Of a stretch of DNA of 64,000 nucleotides, positions 45,501 to 59,520 are shown one piece after another. The notes beneath the pieces were generated by a model, which had not been told where the DNA came from, searched no databases, and saw nothing but the letters and a program-made list of their open reading frames with translations. The first letter of the stretch is position 1. Each line of letters starts with the position of its first letter. Source of the stretch: Balanoglossus misakiensis (Eukaryota > Animalia > Hemichordata); the NCBI GenBank assembly GCA_040954595.2, contig CM082583.2:5075374-5139373 (forward strand), written 5' to 3'. A program made the position numbers and the translations under genes.

Positions 45501-48500
45501 CGCGATATGCATAACCTAGTGATGTTTAACTTGGTGTTACTCGCAGACGACAATCATAACTTACTCAAACGGCGGGAAAATGGGAGGACCCGTATTCGGA
45601 GGCACATTTACTTGGAAAAAAAAATATTCGCATTTATGATCGAGCTTTGGCGCAGGCGCCGGACTGTGACCCCTCACATGATCAAAATAGGTAGCCATGG
45701 CAACGCTCTATGAGACTGGGAACGTTCCTTCGCGCCTGGGCATTCCTTGTCTATGCTGTTTACCTGTCTGTCGGGGGTTATGACCCGTCTGCTGACGTCG
45801 CTCACGCAGAGGTGCTGTACAGTAACTGCAGCCACCAAATCAACAGGGGCCCTGCTGTTCTGTTGCGTCCTGTCTGTCCGTATTTCATTCCAAAGGAGCA
45901 GTTAAAAAATAACAGCCGTTTGCATAATTATGTAATTAATATTCCTGTTGAGGTTGATCATAGCTTGTATTGGTCTTTTTAATTGGACCACTCTCAGCTT
46001 GAGTGGCCACACAACACTTTATATTCGAATCAAACACTCTGCATATGGTCCCCTTTCTGTTGTAAACTCCGGTTTTACAACTGCCTTTAGAAGCTCCTAA
46101 AATTGTCATAAAAGTAAAATATAGCGGGAGCAGCGGAAAACCACTCGCTCTCAACTTCAAAAATCTGTTCGTTTATGTTTCCCCGTGCCCGCTTTCCGAC
46201 ACCTGTCTGTGCGCTTTAAACAAGTCTCACATGTATACATGTGACGAAGGAGAGAGACTCTTTGTCCCCGCCAATTCGCAGGCTCGGTCGAGTAAGGAAT
46301 TGCTTGTTTCCGCTCATCACGGTGACAGCAGAAAAAAGGAGGGAAAAATGAAAGAATCCATGAAATGAAAAATTCATACAGAAAGGAAGGAGAAATGACG
46401 CTTTTAACTTTGGATCATGTGAATCCGTTTTCAAACAATTCAGGAATTCTATACCATCTTCTCTTTCGGGGGAATCTCTCATTTACCGCCTGATCCAGAA
46501 CCCTTTCCATCGAAAGCCAACAATAAAACAAAAGGAGAAATTAAAGCTAACTATATGGGTGGCGATATTATTTATTGAATAATGTATACGGAGCGTTGTG
46601 TTTAGCTATAGCCTACAATGGTTTGATTGCTGCGTGAATTTTTCTTCCCGCCAATATGTGAATGAGCGCGTCTGCATGTGCGCGCGCGGAAACGAATCCC
46701 AGCGTCATTGAGGTCCCCTTGTGTCGTTCGGAATCCGATCGAAATAATTTTAATAAAAAAACAAGGATGAAAAACTGTGAGCAGGAAATTTTTTTCAGTT
46801 TAATAACACATGAATACGGGCAACCTTGAGAAGTCTCCCCATGCTGTGAACGCTTGTGGGAATATTTTCTTGGCTCGGTTAATATCTGGGAAAAAAACCG
46901 CGTCGCTGTAAACTACTTCAAATCACAGTCGCGCTCTGGCGTTCGTCGTTAGATTGGAAATTCTGACCCTGTGCCAGTCAGTGCAAGAGATACAGCACAA
47001 GGCATATCCGCAGTAGCAATTGAATACACAATGAGGACGATCATACAATGGTCTGCAATATTTATCGTCATGCATTTTCAACATCGCGGAGCCATCTGAT
47101 TTGCATGATGCGAACGTCTGATAAATCCCACCAATTCGAGTACATTTATTCATCTGTTTAAAATTTACCGTCCCAGCGGGGTTATGTCGAACTAAAAGCA
47201 ACCCCCCAAAATAATGCTGAAAAATCCGCGACTTGACTCCGTCGGGCACTTGAGCACGACAAAAGCCCTGGCGGTTACTATTTGCGTGTTGTTCCCAATA
47301 ACACCAAAACTTTCATCGTTGGTGTTTACATTGTGGCGAAGGGGGGGGGGACCTTGTGGGCCGAACCTGGCTTCTGCAAGGGATTCTACTGGTCCAAAGA
47401 TCGTCTCCTCTTCTCCTTCTGTAAAGAAAACAAAGCACGGAGACCCCGGCCCCATCAAGACTCGGGCTGACTGTGAGTCCCGCGTACGTACGTGAGCGGA
47501 ATACAACATGGCCGAAAATCACAATCAGAGCCAGACTTTGCCCCAAAGCCAAAAAGAATCCCTCCCCATAATTTTGGTAATCATATCATTGGAATAGTTG
47601 CCGTCTTTTGTGACAGATCGAGGTTCCATTATGAGTTTTCAGCTTTTTTCGGGCTTATTCTTACGTTCACATGGTCTTTAGCCGACAATGCACACGTTGA
47701 AGGGGAAAAGTGCAGAAAAAAGGGGTAAATTTGAATTATTAACGTTTAAACGTTAAAATATTGTGGTCTAGCCACCCAGCCAACCAAATCGATCGAGGAT
47801 ATGAATAGGGTTCAGAACCAAATCACACTGCGACTATAAAGGGGAAGGCAGTGGCACCCAAAGGGATTCTGGGATTGAATTGTCACCAAAGTTACCCTCC
47901 CTGCATTCGTAGATTAGGGCGAAGTAGTTCCGATATTGACATGCTGCACAGAAACCGCCGACAGATCTGCATAATAAACAGCACCGCTGTGTTAAGAAAA
48001 ATGTCCCCTTTTCTGATCGCTACCCCTTGTCCCCCATCCCCCCTACACACGCACATCGGTGTCAAAACCTCGCAGACGATCACGAGTTGAGGGGTCACCT
48101 TGGAGCGAGACGAAATTCGTCACTCTGTTTATATATATTAAAAAAAAATCAAAGATTTGGAAATTGCGTGCAGCGCACAGCCATTAGGTAGGCACGCCGA
48201 CTTTCAGGAGGATGGAAGCCCAGTCAAAGCCCTCTGTGAATACGTTTTTTATCGCCCGTGCACTATTCGAATAAATCACAGTCAGGAAGACTGATGTGTT
48301 CCTACAAACAATCCATACAAATGTGCCAGTGCGATTATTTCGTCAGCAAAACCTGCTCCTTTGCGACCCCTGGAAAGAAAGTATCGCGGGGCGAGAAACG
48401 ACACTACCCACCCAAATTTACACGTTTTCAGAGTCCGTTATGCAGATTCCGGTACACTTGTGGCGCGTTTAAGGCCGATTTTTACATTTTTATGTCGAAA

Positions 48501-51436
48501 TTCGCCGTAAAGCTAATAAAAAACGGAACAGTCGTGTTGACAACCGCATCTATATACACAGTCGTATATTACGGCGACAAGAGTTGTCCTTACGCTGTCG
48601 ACGACAATGAAACTCGGGGAAAAAAATTTGAATGTTGGGGCCATACTTCACAGTTGATGTCATTGGCGTCGTTTTATACCCTGAACGCGCGGGATTACTC
48701 ATCGCGACGCGCAGATGGAGCAGGCAGTTTGAGATGTTGTCCTCAGCGGTGACCGCATGCAAGACTGATGGTCCGGTTGAAAGCTCCCATATCTACCCCC
48801 TATCAAATTTTGTTCAATTCCAAATTGAAAGTGTCGCGAATAGGCACAGCTCTATTGATGCCTCAGCCCCACCATTGAACACAGTTCATGAGAGGTATCG
48901 CAATTTTGAGTCTTTTTGACTCGCTGTTTTTCTTCGTCCAAGCAACCTGTTTTTTTTTCACTGGCAGTCGCCTGAGTGTTTGCCAGTAGCTGCAAACGAA
49001 CAGACTCTACGATCGGAGTTTAGTGTTGCGGTTTTAGAGGCATGTTTTAATAATCTCTGCCACTATTCAGCCCATAACACGTGATTTCCAGAATATTAAC
49101 GGATCGGAGATCATTGTGCTAAAATGCGGAATTACTCATTGTGTGGTGGCTCAAAAAAAAAACCGGAAAATTGTTTGAAGTGGTCTCGGTTTCAACGTGG
49201 GGAGACGACGGCTATATCTTTACAGAGAAGATATTTCCCGCGAAAAAGGAAACCAGCGGAAAACGGAGAACATTAACCGTTCCAGCTTTTCTTTTTGTGT
49301 GGCTGTGCTTAGAATGAAATCAAACCCACGCGGCGTGTATTACCGTAATAGAGTGGTGTCGGCCCGCTTTTGAGCTTTTTTCCCCTTGCAAATCTATGCA
49401 GTTTCGATGCTATCTGTATACCAGACTACTGCATAAGACTCCATTTTGCATTTTGGAAAAAAAAACGAAGATGGGCGAGTGAGAGCGAGATAGAGAGAGA
49501 GCGCCACTGTTAATGTCTGGAGCTAGCCACGCGGTGAAGCACAGCAATGTAGATCGAGCACACTTGCTGGTGCTATAATATCGCATGTTGACTAAACAAG
49601 TATAAAATAGAAAAGAGAGGGGAGAAAAATAACATTAAAATCAAATCCTGGTGAAATTGACTCGATCTCGTTAAAACGCTATTTTGGATGAATTTGTGGT
49701 CGAGTGAAGTCACTGGCATTATCATCACTCCACTAGGTTCGAAGTTGTCGGGCACACTACACGCAAGAAATCACTCGCTTGCGTGCAGGAATAAATGGGG
49801 CCGATTACTAGCGCCTTTGAGCGGTGGGGAGATTTTTTGTTCGGAATTTCTCTTCTTTGGTTGTCAAAACCCCGTGGACACCTCGCCACGGTCCGTCGTG
49901 TAACCAGTACAGTTGAAGCAGTCGAGTGTTTACAGTCGGGGTTAGGTTTCTTAAAACCTTTAAATTGTCAGCCTTGGTCACTCTGCCGTGTAAATTTCTG
50001 AACTCGATATTTGGGGTTCGTTGTCAAAAGAAAACCCCTCCACTATGTTTGAAAGGCTTTGCCGTACCGCAACGAGTCGCCTGGCCGTTAAAACGACTCA
50101 GAAAAATAAAACCGGCATCAGAACGACGAGTTCCGCACGCTTTCGTGATAATCAGACACATACCTACCCTAATAACTGCAATATCAATCAATAGCGGTGC
50201 GCCAGTTCTTACGTATATGTGCGCTACTGTATTTTACGGCCTTCAAATTTCTCATATGTTTTGCCTTGTGCCCGTACTCACAAGACTCCTCACAAAAGAC
50301 CGAAGCGAATTAAAACCGATCCCATTCTTCGGGTGTTTCCAAAAACGATTCCTTTTTATTATGACTTTTCAAAAGCGCGACTTTTTTCTTAAACAAAACA
50401 TTTAGGTTTCGGGGTTTTGTTCGCATTGTGCGCCAAAAGACAATGGAATAATGAGCCACTCAAAAATCTTTATGAAATTGACACTTATGGGTTTATTTGA
50501 CGCAATCATAAACAGAAAATATAAACCGGTAAATATATGGATTGGGCCCCCCTGGTTCGCTGGAAAATGTCTCGGGTGTAACTGAAGTCTGCAGCCCCCC
50601 GAAAATCAAAGGCACCTGTGAAATGTAATAACAAAATATGTTGCTGGCAGGCAAGTGCACACGGAGACGTTGACATTACTGAAACAAACGCCCCCATACA
50701 TAAATGGTTCATTTCTCCAGTATTGCGCCCTTATTTTATGTCCGGGCGTTTAATTCTACGAGCTTGGCTGTGTCATTATTTCTATGGCCAGAAAAAAAAT
50801 AAGTGAGCGACAAAAATGTGTTTTGAAAGCAAGAGACGTCGATCAGATTTTCGTGTGTGTTTTTTATGGTGTGCGAGTATGTCTGACTTTTCTGCGCCTC
50901 CGTTTATTTGATTCCTGGGTACATCACGGGAGCAGAAAAAATTGGCGACATAGCCCCTACCCAGTCATCCACGGAATGCTGCAAGGGGCCAAGTTTTTTT
51001 CCCCTCAGCCACGACGCCAAGACACCGTGAAAAATTTCCCGGAATATTTAGTCATGCTTGTCAAGAACGTTCTGCTGGTCTACCATAACGTCTAAATTCA
51101 AAGTTCACTTAACCACGGCATAAAAAATACCTGAACAGCCGCGCACAAGGTGTGTTTACCCATCTGCTCAGATGTCAACCGTCAGAATAAATGAAATGCA
51201 GAAAAACGTCGAAAAACTCATTACATTTGCACGTTGGTCGCGCTGAAAAAAAATCGATGTTGAATTTCTGATCTCAGGGTACAAGTCATATTGTCAACAT
51301 CCTCACAAATACGAACTGGAATGATCGATTATTCTCACGCAAGTCATGCCTGTGCGAAATTGTTTACAAAAATCAACAAAATGAAATGCAACGCTGCGTT
51401 CTGTCAGTGCATGCTACTTGTTTTTCGTCTTTAACC

Positions 51437-51605
51437 TTATATAAAGAGAGAGTATACTATATGTACATATAGAGTATATATTATATATTCATACAGAGTA
51501 TTATTATGTATATGCATATAGAGTACGTATATACAGAGTGAAGAGAGAGAACCATATACAGAAAATAAATAAATAATCCTGTATTTGAAAACAAATATAT
51601 AAGTA
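51437..51605. repeat. AT-rich low-complexity (TA/GA-rich) tract
   Basis: Degenerate tatata/agagta repeats. Confidence 0.6.
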
Positions 51606-53128
51606 TCTGAAAACATCTTTATGTAATCCTGTAAAAGCACTTAAAATAACTTCCAATTGTTGAAATTGACAAGCTGCTTGATGAAAGCTACCAGGTCTAG
51701 GAGTCAGTTGCTTCCAGGCTTCTCTTCTCACCATCGCTGCATTAAGGACCAGGGGCGGTTCCTTGTAATCAGTACGAGTTCTTTTCCATCAAACGTCCCC
51801 GCAATCTGGGAAGAAGACGGGAACATGATGGACGCAGCAGTTGCACAAAATCTCACAAGTGCCGGGAAAAGGGGTCTATTTTATCTGCGGGCAAGTGGAG
51901 AGTACTCACGGAAAAAATGGGTGAACGCTTTGAAAGGACGTTGCGAATGCGCCTTTTCTCTCTCCTACTACGCCCAATCGTTTCTTAGGTTTATTCAAGA
52001 ATGGTTATTATTCATTTCCGGTACCGTCGGTGACGATGGCCGGCCTCGATTAGGATTGGCACTCAGTCATTCTGCATCGCCCGGGCTGTCACTCCGACTT
52101 GACATTTCGGGTGACATACGTGTGTATTCTTTCAACGGTCCCTCGCACTCAAAACACACCACACATGGGAGTTTTCATATTCCATTGTGCCCCTACCAAC
52201 ACTCCCATTATGCCTCGACTAATCCCCCGAAATAATAATAATCAGAAGACGGAATAATACCGATATGCAAACGATGAGTGATTTGTAAGAAGTTATACAT
52301 TCTCCGCCTCTGATGGAGTGACAATATGGAAATGTTGTGTTAAGACTGCCACCGCAGCGAGTTTATTGATTAAGAAAGTTCATGTTAGTTGAACGGCGGG
52401 CTAATCTCGACAGCTTCCAAGGCTTGACGTAAGACTGCATTCGGAACATCAATTGGACGGGAGTTGTTCTAAGCCGGCGAACGTCGGCGGGAATCTGAAT
52501 TTAAAACCCGTATAATTCGAGTGTGCGCCGGTTTCCACGCTCTCTTCCTGTTATGACAGTGACACCCGAGTTTGGTATACATCGACCATAATTGAAACAC
52601 GGAGTACTCCCAGCTAATCCCAGCTAAGCGGTATTGTGGCGAACAGTGACTGAGCCGCGCTAAGAAGACCACTATAAGTATTAATGAAACAGATCACGCT
52701 TCTAAAGAGACTGCTTCAAACAGCTCAAAAGTTTGACTTGCCTTTGGTTAGAAAAAAAAATGCGCGAGACAGTCACCCGGCCTACCGTGTCACGTGCTCG
52801 AAGTAAGACGGAAAATTATCTCTCCTAGGTCTCCCAGTCGCACCAAACTTTCTCGCCAGTGTTCGCGACCCCTCATTTGCGATCGAGGTTGAGTGTCCCC
52901 CAATACAACCAATCAGAGTATATGCCCCTCAATATATATTTTTGTCTCCGGGACCATAATACGCCAAAACAAAGGAGGTATGTCACCTCTTTCTCGTCCA
53001 TTGGCCAAAAGAGCTTGTTCCAACGGTGAGAATGCATCTCGTCGGTTAGCTAACGTTACATATTTGGCACTGTATACATTACACGTTTCGGATTACCTGT
53101 GTTTGAGAGGTCTGGCTTTTTTCTGAAA

Positions 53129-53288
53129 ACATACATACATACATACATACATACATACATACATACATACATACATACATACATACATACATACATACAT
53201 ACATACATACATACATACATACATACATACATACATACATACATACATACATACATACATACATACAGACATACAGACAGACAGACAT
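53129..53288. repeat. (ACAT)n tetranucleotide microsatellite with ACAG tail
   Basis: About 34 perfect ACAT units (53129-53266), then ACAG variants. Confidence 0.98.
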
Positions 53289-56200
53289 ATATCAGTGGGT
53301 CCAAACTTCTACAAATTATCCCACCAAACCAATCTGTGAGGATGCTTGCTCATCGTGTAAAACTATTCCAATAGACACCCCCGCAAAATATCCACGCGTA
53401 AAAAGCTATTTAACATGCTTTATTACTTTTGTTGCTCATTGTATTGGTGTTGATGTTCTCCCTGTTCTGCATTGCTGCTGCCCACAGTAGCATATTTTCT
53501 ATTGTACTATTTGACTTGAAACACAAAATAAGCAAACAGAGGTATGAAAGTAAACAAACATAGTTATAGGGGACGTCACTTCCGGTGTTAGTGCCGATCT
53601 ATTATTCCCCATGATGCAGAGGCATACACCGACCATCACCGAAAACATCTTTTCAGTGAGAGTGATGAATTTCCCCCAAGGAAATCGTATCAACACGATG
53701 ACGGTGTTTTTTTTCGATTAGCCATGAATATATTTCGTTACCAATTTGTTTGTTTGTTTGTCGTTTAGTTGAAGCGAAAACTCCACGCTGTCTTCAGAAA
53801 CTCGCAGGTGATGAAAATGGGAACGGTAAGGTCCGCAATAAGATTTCTAACTTTTACCTGACAAAGCCCGTGGATTTATTTGCAGCAAAACAAACTAAAA
53901 TCGGAGGATTTAAAAAATATACTAGTAACCGAGACAATTTGATTGGGTCATCAGCGCCTTCTTAATGGGAGAGGGTTTGTCAGCTGAGGTCACGTCGTCA
54001 TGACCTGGTCGTGTTCGGTACAGTGCCCCGATCCCGATAATACCGGGCCAAAACAACCGGCTTGCGCGAACACTGGTGGCGAGCATATTGACACACCCGC
54101 CACGGATCTGCATATAGTAAGGCTTCATTTCCCCGCGTATTGAGACATTATCGGTAGATTGGTGCCCCTCCTTTCCCCGATCTCAGTCGCGGATACACTT
54201 GGGCACCGGAGCAGAAAGTTTACTGGAGAGTAACCAACCAGTTCTCCATGATGGGATTTCTTCCCATCTTCTCGGGACCAGCGGCCGTGATGAATCGAGT
54301 TTTGTTTTTTTCTCTTTTGCAATGCGAATGGTATAAGTTCGTCTCCCCCTCGACGTCGGTGCGCTTGGAGTAATGTCTATCACGGCAGTTTCCAAAGAAA
54401 TATTAATGTTTGAAAACCTGTCATATACAGTTAAATTTCACCATAGGAGTTAAACTGTCTTGTCTGGTGACTGCACCGTGTAGAGAGTACGTTGGCGGTT
54501 TCAGTTAAGAGCGAACGAGAGGGGGGAGAGGGGGGGGGAGGGGATCGTGTAACGTGCTTGCCTCACTTAACCCAGCACACAGGGAAACTTTTTCGGGGGT
54601 GACGGAGTGCTCGCTGAAACTTCAGACCCGTAAACAAGGGACGTCTGAACCAATGTAAGCAGAGCTTTTACACACAAAGGGCACGCATGCCCTTTCTGAT
54701 GTATACAGCACCAGTGCTCTGAAACGTATGTCTAACCTCGTGACCCGCGTTTAGAACTTTTTTATTCCCTGTCTCGTTCAATAAAGGTGGGGTGGCGTAT
54801 GAAAGGCACCGGGGTGCGCGCTCGTCGACCCTGACATTATTTTCTCTCTCTCTCTCTCGTTGTCTCGAGTGTAAAATCTTTATCATCACGGAAACCCACT
54901 GACGTAATTCACTCAGGAAATCTGAAGTTTGCAAAAAAATGCGCATTCTGTGCATACAAGTGCCTGGTCTGTGGACGACCCCGTTTTTCCCGCTTTCTTT
55001 GGCTCTTAAAATGTGACTCGTCTTCTCTCTGGCGCGCTTTCAGTGATGGATGGATGTGGACGACCCAGCCACGGCTCTGAACCGAAGGCCAGCATGAGAT
55101 ACTTCCCTTGGGGGGAGCAAAGTCTCGGCGCTTCATTTTCGCGGCGTATTCATGCACGGACGCCATTTAAAAAAAAACCCCACCGAAATATAAAATCATA
55201 AAATTACTTCCATTCGCAAGCGCCATCGTATCTTCCATGACAATGGATTTGAAACTAATCTAAATGTTAAAAGTCTTTTGTGCGCGCTACCAAAGAAGTA
55301 GTCAAAAGAATGCGATATTCGACGGTATCTGCATCCACTTATGATGTTTTCATGTAGATTTACGAGTAACTGTGATATGCCGTGATTTTACATTTTTTCT
55401 GAAAATCATTAAAGCGAAATTCGACCACTTTTCAAATATTTGGTCAAATTATCGGGATTTGAACGACACCACACTTTCTCTTCAAAGTCGGTGATCTCTG
55501 AGCCTTAAAACAAGGTTGGCGAGGCGACGTCGTCTCGCTTGTATATCAGATCACTGCAGGTATAACCGTTGAAACTAACGGAAAGTACAGACACCCATTG
55601 ATGTCAAACCAACAAGGGATTGAACAAGCAGGAGGAACAAAACTGTTCAAACACAGCTCGTCAAACAGAGTGGGGAACTGGAGTGTGGCTGACAACAAAC
55701 ACCGAACCGTCCCCTTATTTGAGTTCCCAGCCCCAGCCCGATCTTGTTGACTGCACTAACTAAACGGGCTCTCGCTCCGATTTCTCCCCCATTGTGCGCG
55801 CATGCACTGTGCGAGGTGCAGTAGAGAACCTCCCAAGCGATTCGCTGCGGTTTGGCTAAATGAAATATTATTCACATGGCAGATAAAAAATAACAAAAAG
55901 TAGTTTATGCGCCATCCAGCGTAGAGTGCTTGCGCCGTATCTGCGCTGAGATACCATCTCCCAGTTCAGTGTACATCTCCCGATAACGTTTGGAAATCTC
56001 ATACATGCAGGCATGCAGAGGCGCATGGGTTTGTGCGATACCCGCTTACCGGGGATATTAATAATATACAACCTTATTCATTTTCCGGTATATGTGCGAG
56101 ATAAAATTCATATCGCGACGTATATTGCCATTGTAGTGTGAGATATGAGTTTATGTGATTCGTGGAATGATATATCGTTGCGTCGGTCAAAGCAGACACG

Positions 56201-59200
56201 GAGCGTTCAGCTCCGAGCGAGACCTTTACTTGCGTCTGACAATGATGTATCGGGCAGGTTTACTCGCGTTAGTCAACAATATTTATTTACATCTCTGGTC
56301 AAACTCCATTTTTCATCCGATGCGCGCCTACCTCCGTATCCTCCTCGCGCCTCTGTTTACAGAGTATTTGATGAAATGCAGCCATACCCGCTGAATCATC
56401 TTCGATTCCAACGGAAAGACATATCATCCACTCAGGCTGATGTGTAGCTGCAGTAATTACAGGAGATGAAAAATCCGAAATAAACGCGCGCGTCGTCACC
56501 TAGTTATTTTCAAATTCAAAGCAAGAGACGAAAAAACAAATGAAACAGAAATCAGACAAGGTGAGAGTTGCCCAACCTTTCGTGACACACAGTGATAGTT
56601 CTGTTGTGTCAGCGTAGTGTCAAGTTACTCTGGCCTTCATTATTGTACCCCCAACGACATACGAGGAGAAGCCTATAGGTTTACCCGGGTTGGCCAAGAA
56701 AACACAGAAACCAGACAAATTTCTGTGAATTATCCCTCGCGTCTGTTCGTTAGGAGCGCACGCCGAGAGAAACGACGATGTCATATTGGTGGAAATATTG
56801 CAAAGTAAGCCCCAGCTGGTTGCTAATTTTTCGCTATTTGCCGAAGTTTTAAGCCGTCACTGTCAGGCGGACTTTGCTAAGCTATCGGCACGACGCGCCC
56901 AGAAGATTACATCTTCATTAGTGACACTTTTCGACATTATTCCACGCAGATAAACTGGCACTGAAATTTCACAGTGTTTCTTTGCGTCCCTTCACGCCCC
57001 CTCCAAAGATCATGTAAAGCACCGGAGTCACAGAGGGTGCATTCCTTTCTGTTTAGCCATGTTGTCTTGCATTTTTTACCCATCATTGCCTACATTTTGA
57101 ATCAACTATGCCTATGTTTTTCGGTTTCTCAAATCGAAACATCAGTGTTCCTATTTTAAGGATAGTTTCCACCGCGCGTCAGGGTCGCTCGACAGACATG
57201 AGTGGACCCGCGTGTGATTTGTTTTGTCACCCGGTCTCGCCAAATTAATGAAAGCATGTCGTTATGGATTATGGCAGTAATGATTAACAAACAGGAAAGA
57301 CTGGCTAAAACAAATCAAGGAACACGACCGAACTCTCGCGAGAACCTATAAAATGATCAAAGCTCAAGCCAAATAACATTCCACTTGGTTAAATAGTGTG
57401 AATCAGGGTAATTTGTTGAGATTATCTGCCGCAACCCCCCCCCCCCGCGCAATGCTCAAACAGTCTCCTTAATTCACAAATCCTTTTGTTTTAATAGTTG
57501 AACAATGAAATATTATTTCATAAGTCCGATCAGAGAATGAAAATCTTTGAATTCCCAGGTACCCCTGTTAAATAGCAATAATTAAAGCCATCTTCGATTA
57601 GGCCTAGGTCTCTAATGGTAAGGCGTGCCAGTCACTGAAAAGTCAGTCATATTCAAAGAAACCGTAATTTATTGGACGAAGAAGCACCGTGGAATCAGTC
57701 TTCAAACGGCGGTTATCGTTTGAAAAGAAATTAAAATATTAGGCAGTTTGCGGTAAAAGTAATACATTTGTATCGCATTAAGAACGACATTGAAATAACA
57801 ACGAAAAGCAAACATGTTATAGAAAATGAAGGAACGAGAAAAAAAGTCATGTTGACAAAGTGACTGTCACAGTATATTTTTTCCCATTTCTAAAGTCGCT
57901 ATGAAGAATCGGCACTGATCGAACACGTATGTTACCAATTAGTGGCAACTTATGGGCTCTTGTTCTATTATGATCTGCCGGAAAGTAACTCTAATTGGAG
58001 ATTGCCACATTTCGTCGAGTAGAAACTATACCTAAACTTTGTTTTCGAAAAAAAAATAATAATTGGCTCTTTTCGCAGACGTCTCAGTTCAGCGAATGAC
58101 TGCAAATAGAAGTGAGTGTATTTTCTGTGAGTGATTCGAGTTCTTTGAAAAGCATTGTGTTGTACGGAGCCGCTAGAAGTGTGGAACTGCATATTTACTG
58201 AGATCGCCATTTTGATGTTTTCTTGGGGAGACAAATCAAGTTGATATGGTGAGCCCCGGCACTAGACACGACAGCAGCACCGATGACGTCATTCCCCTTA
58301 TCTTCACAAAGGGAAGAGGCGTAGTTCGAGTCGTAGGAAATGAGAATTGTAAGGAAGCCCCGCTAAAGTGTGAAATTAGTCATCGAAGCAGGGCAGCTCG
58401 GTCAGTACATTGCTTTAGAAAATGTGTGGCTATGTCCGCCAGACTCGGAAAATTTTCTTTAATTCGCCAAGAGCTCTGATTACTTAATCCGTATCGTGTT
58501 GGGAGATCGCATGTCGCTAGGTAGCCCGTGCTATGCACGCCGACGATGCAGATGAACAGGGCGGCAAATGAAAAATTCAACGCAATTTCCCGCGGCAGAC
58601 TTGCCGTGATTATTTTGTGGGGCTTGGCTTACGTTTCGTGGAGGGGGCGGTGGAGGGTCGTCTCGCTGCTTTAGCACACTTCATGGGGGGGGGGGGGGAT
58701 GAAATTCGAAGCGACCGGCGGAGTTTCACCTGCTTAAAATACAGATCTTCATCACTCCTTAGACGGTGACTGATTAAAGCTGGAGAAGAAGAAAAAGGAA
58801 AAGAAACCAATCTCCCTCACCCGAGACAAATCTTGCCACCGCCACGAGCTCAGCGCACGTAAAGGAGAAGGACGATTTTAAATATTCATCAGTTAATTTG
58901 ATCCCATCATTTATTTTGATGCAGTTACATTAACGGCGGGAATTTACACATTTCCGGTGAGAATGTTTCCATTTGGGTTCGCATGCGAAACCTAAAAAAG
59001 ACTGAACGTCCAGCAACAGGACTTATAGTAGGGCTGGAAATGACGGGTCGTGATAGAGATGAGACGAAAACAAATAGTGCCTTCGGGGAGAATACGAACG
59101 TAGTCTTTACAGAATGTTTGAAGAAGAAATAACACGCGGCAAGAAATGGAAAGTTTATACTCGTCGTCAATATGTGATCACGGATGCTGAACGGGTTTTT

Positions 59201-59520
59201 CGAAACGTGACGGTGATCACGTGATCTTTGATTAACGTCTGTCTCTGACTTGAAGAATATGAGATTCCCGGCATGCAACACGAGACCAGGCAGAGTAGTC
59301 ATCGTGATGGCCACGACAAAAAAAAGCGTAGACAGGAACACCTGGAAATGACACCAGATCCGTAACGTGTTGTGCGTTCTACAGAATGCGTACAGAAAAC
59401 GTTCTTCAAAAAGCTCCACTTTATGTGTAGGCACGTGAGTGTGGAGTACAGTGCAAAACAACAAACAAAAAAACAAACAAAAAATCTTCAATATCTGAAT
59501 TTAATGAGCTACTATTTTGT

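Noticed and set aside
47739-47756. Perfect 18-bp palindrome TTAACGTTTAAACGTTAA
   Set aside because: About 0.2 or more expected by chance in a window this size, higher for AT-rich sequence. There is no supporting context.
51657-52235. 192-aa ORF (also 48258-48752, 44430-44930, 58925-59491)
   Set aside because: No recognisable domain, non-ATG starts and random-looking composition. These lengths are achievable by chance in 64 kb.
53056-53374. ORFs with MYVC/YIHT repeats
   Set aside because: Translation artefacts of the (ACAT)n microsatellite.
56087-56130. Possible pre-miRNA hairpin
   Set aside because: The stem is too short and bulged, and I recognised no conserved bilaterian mature miRNA here or elsewhere in the window.
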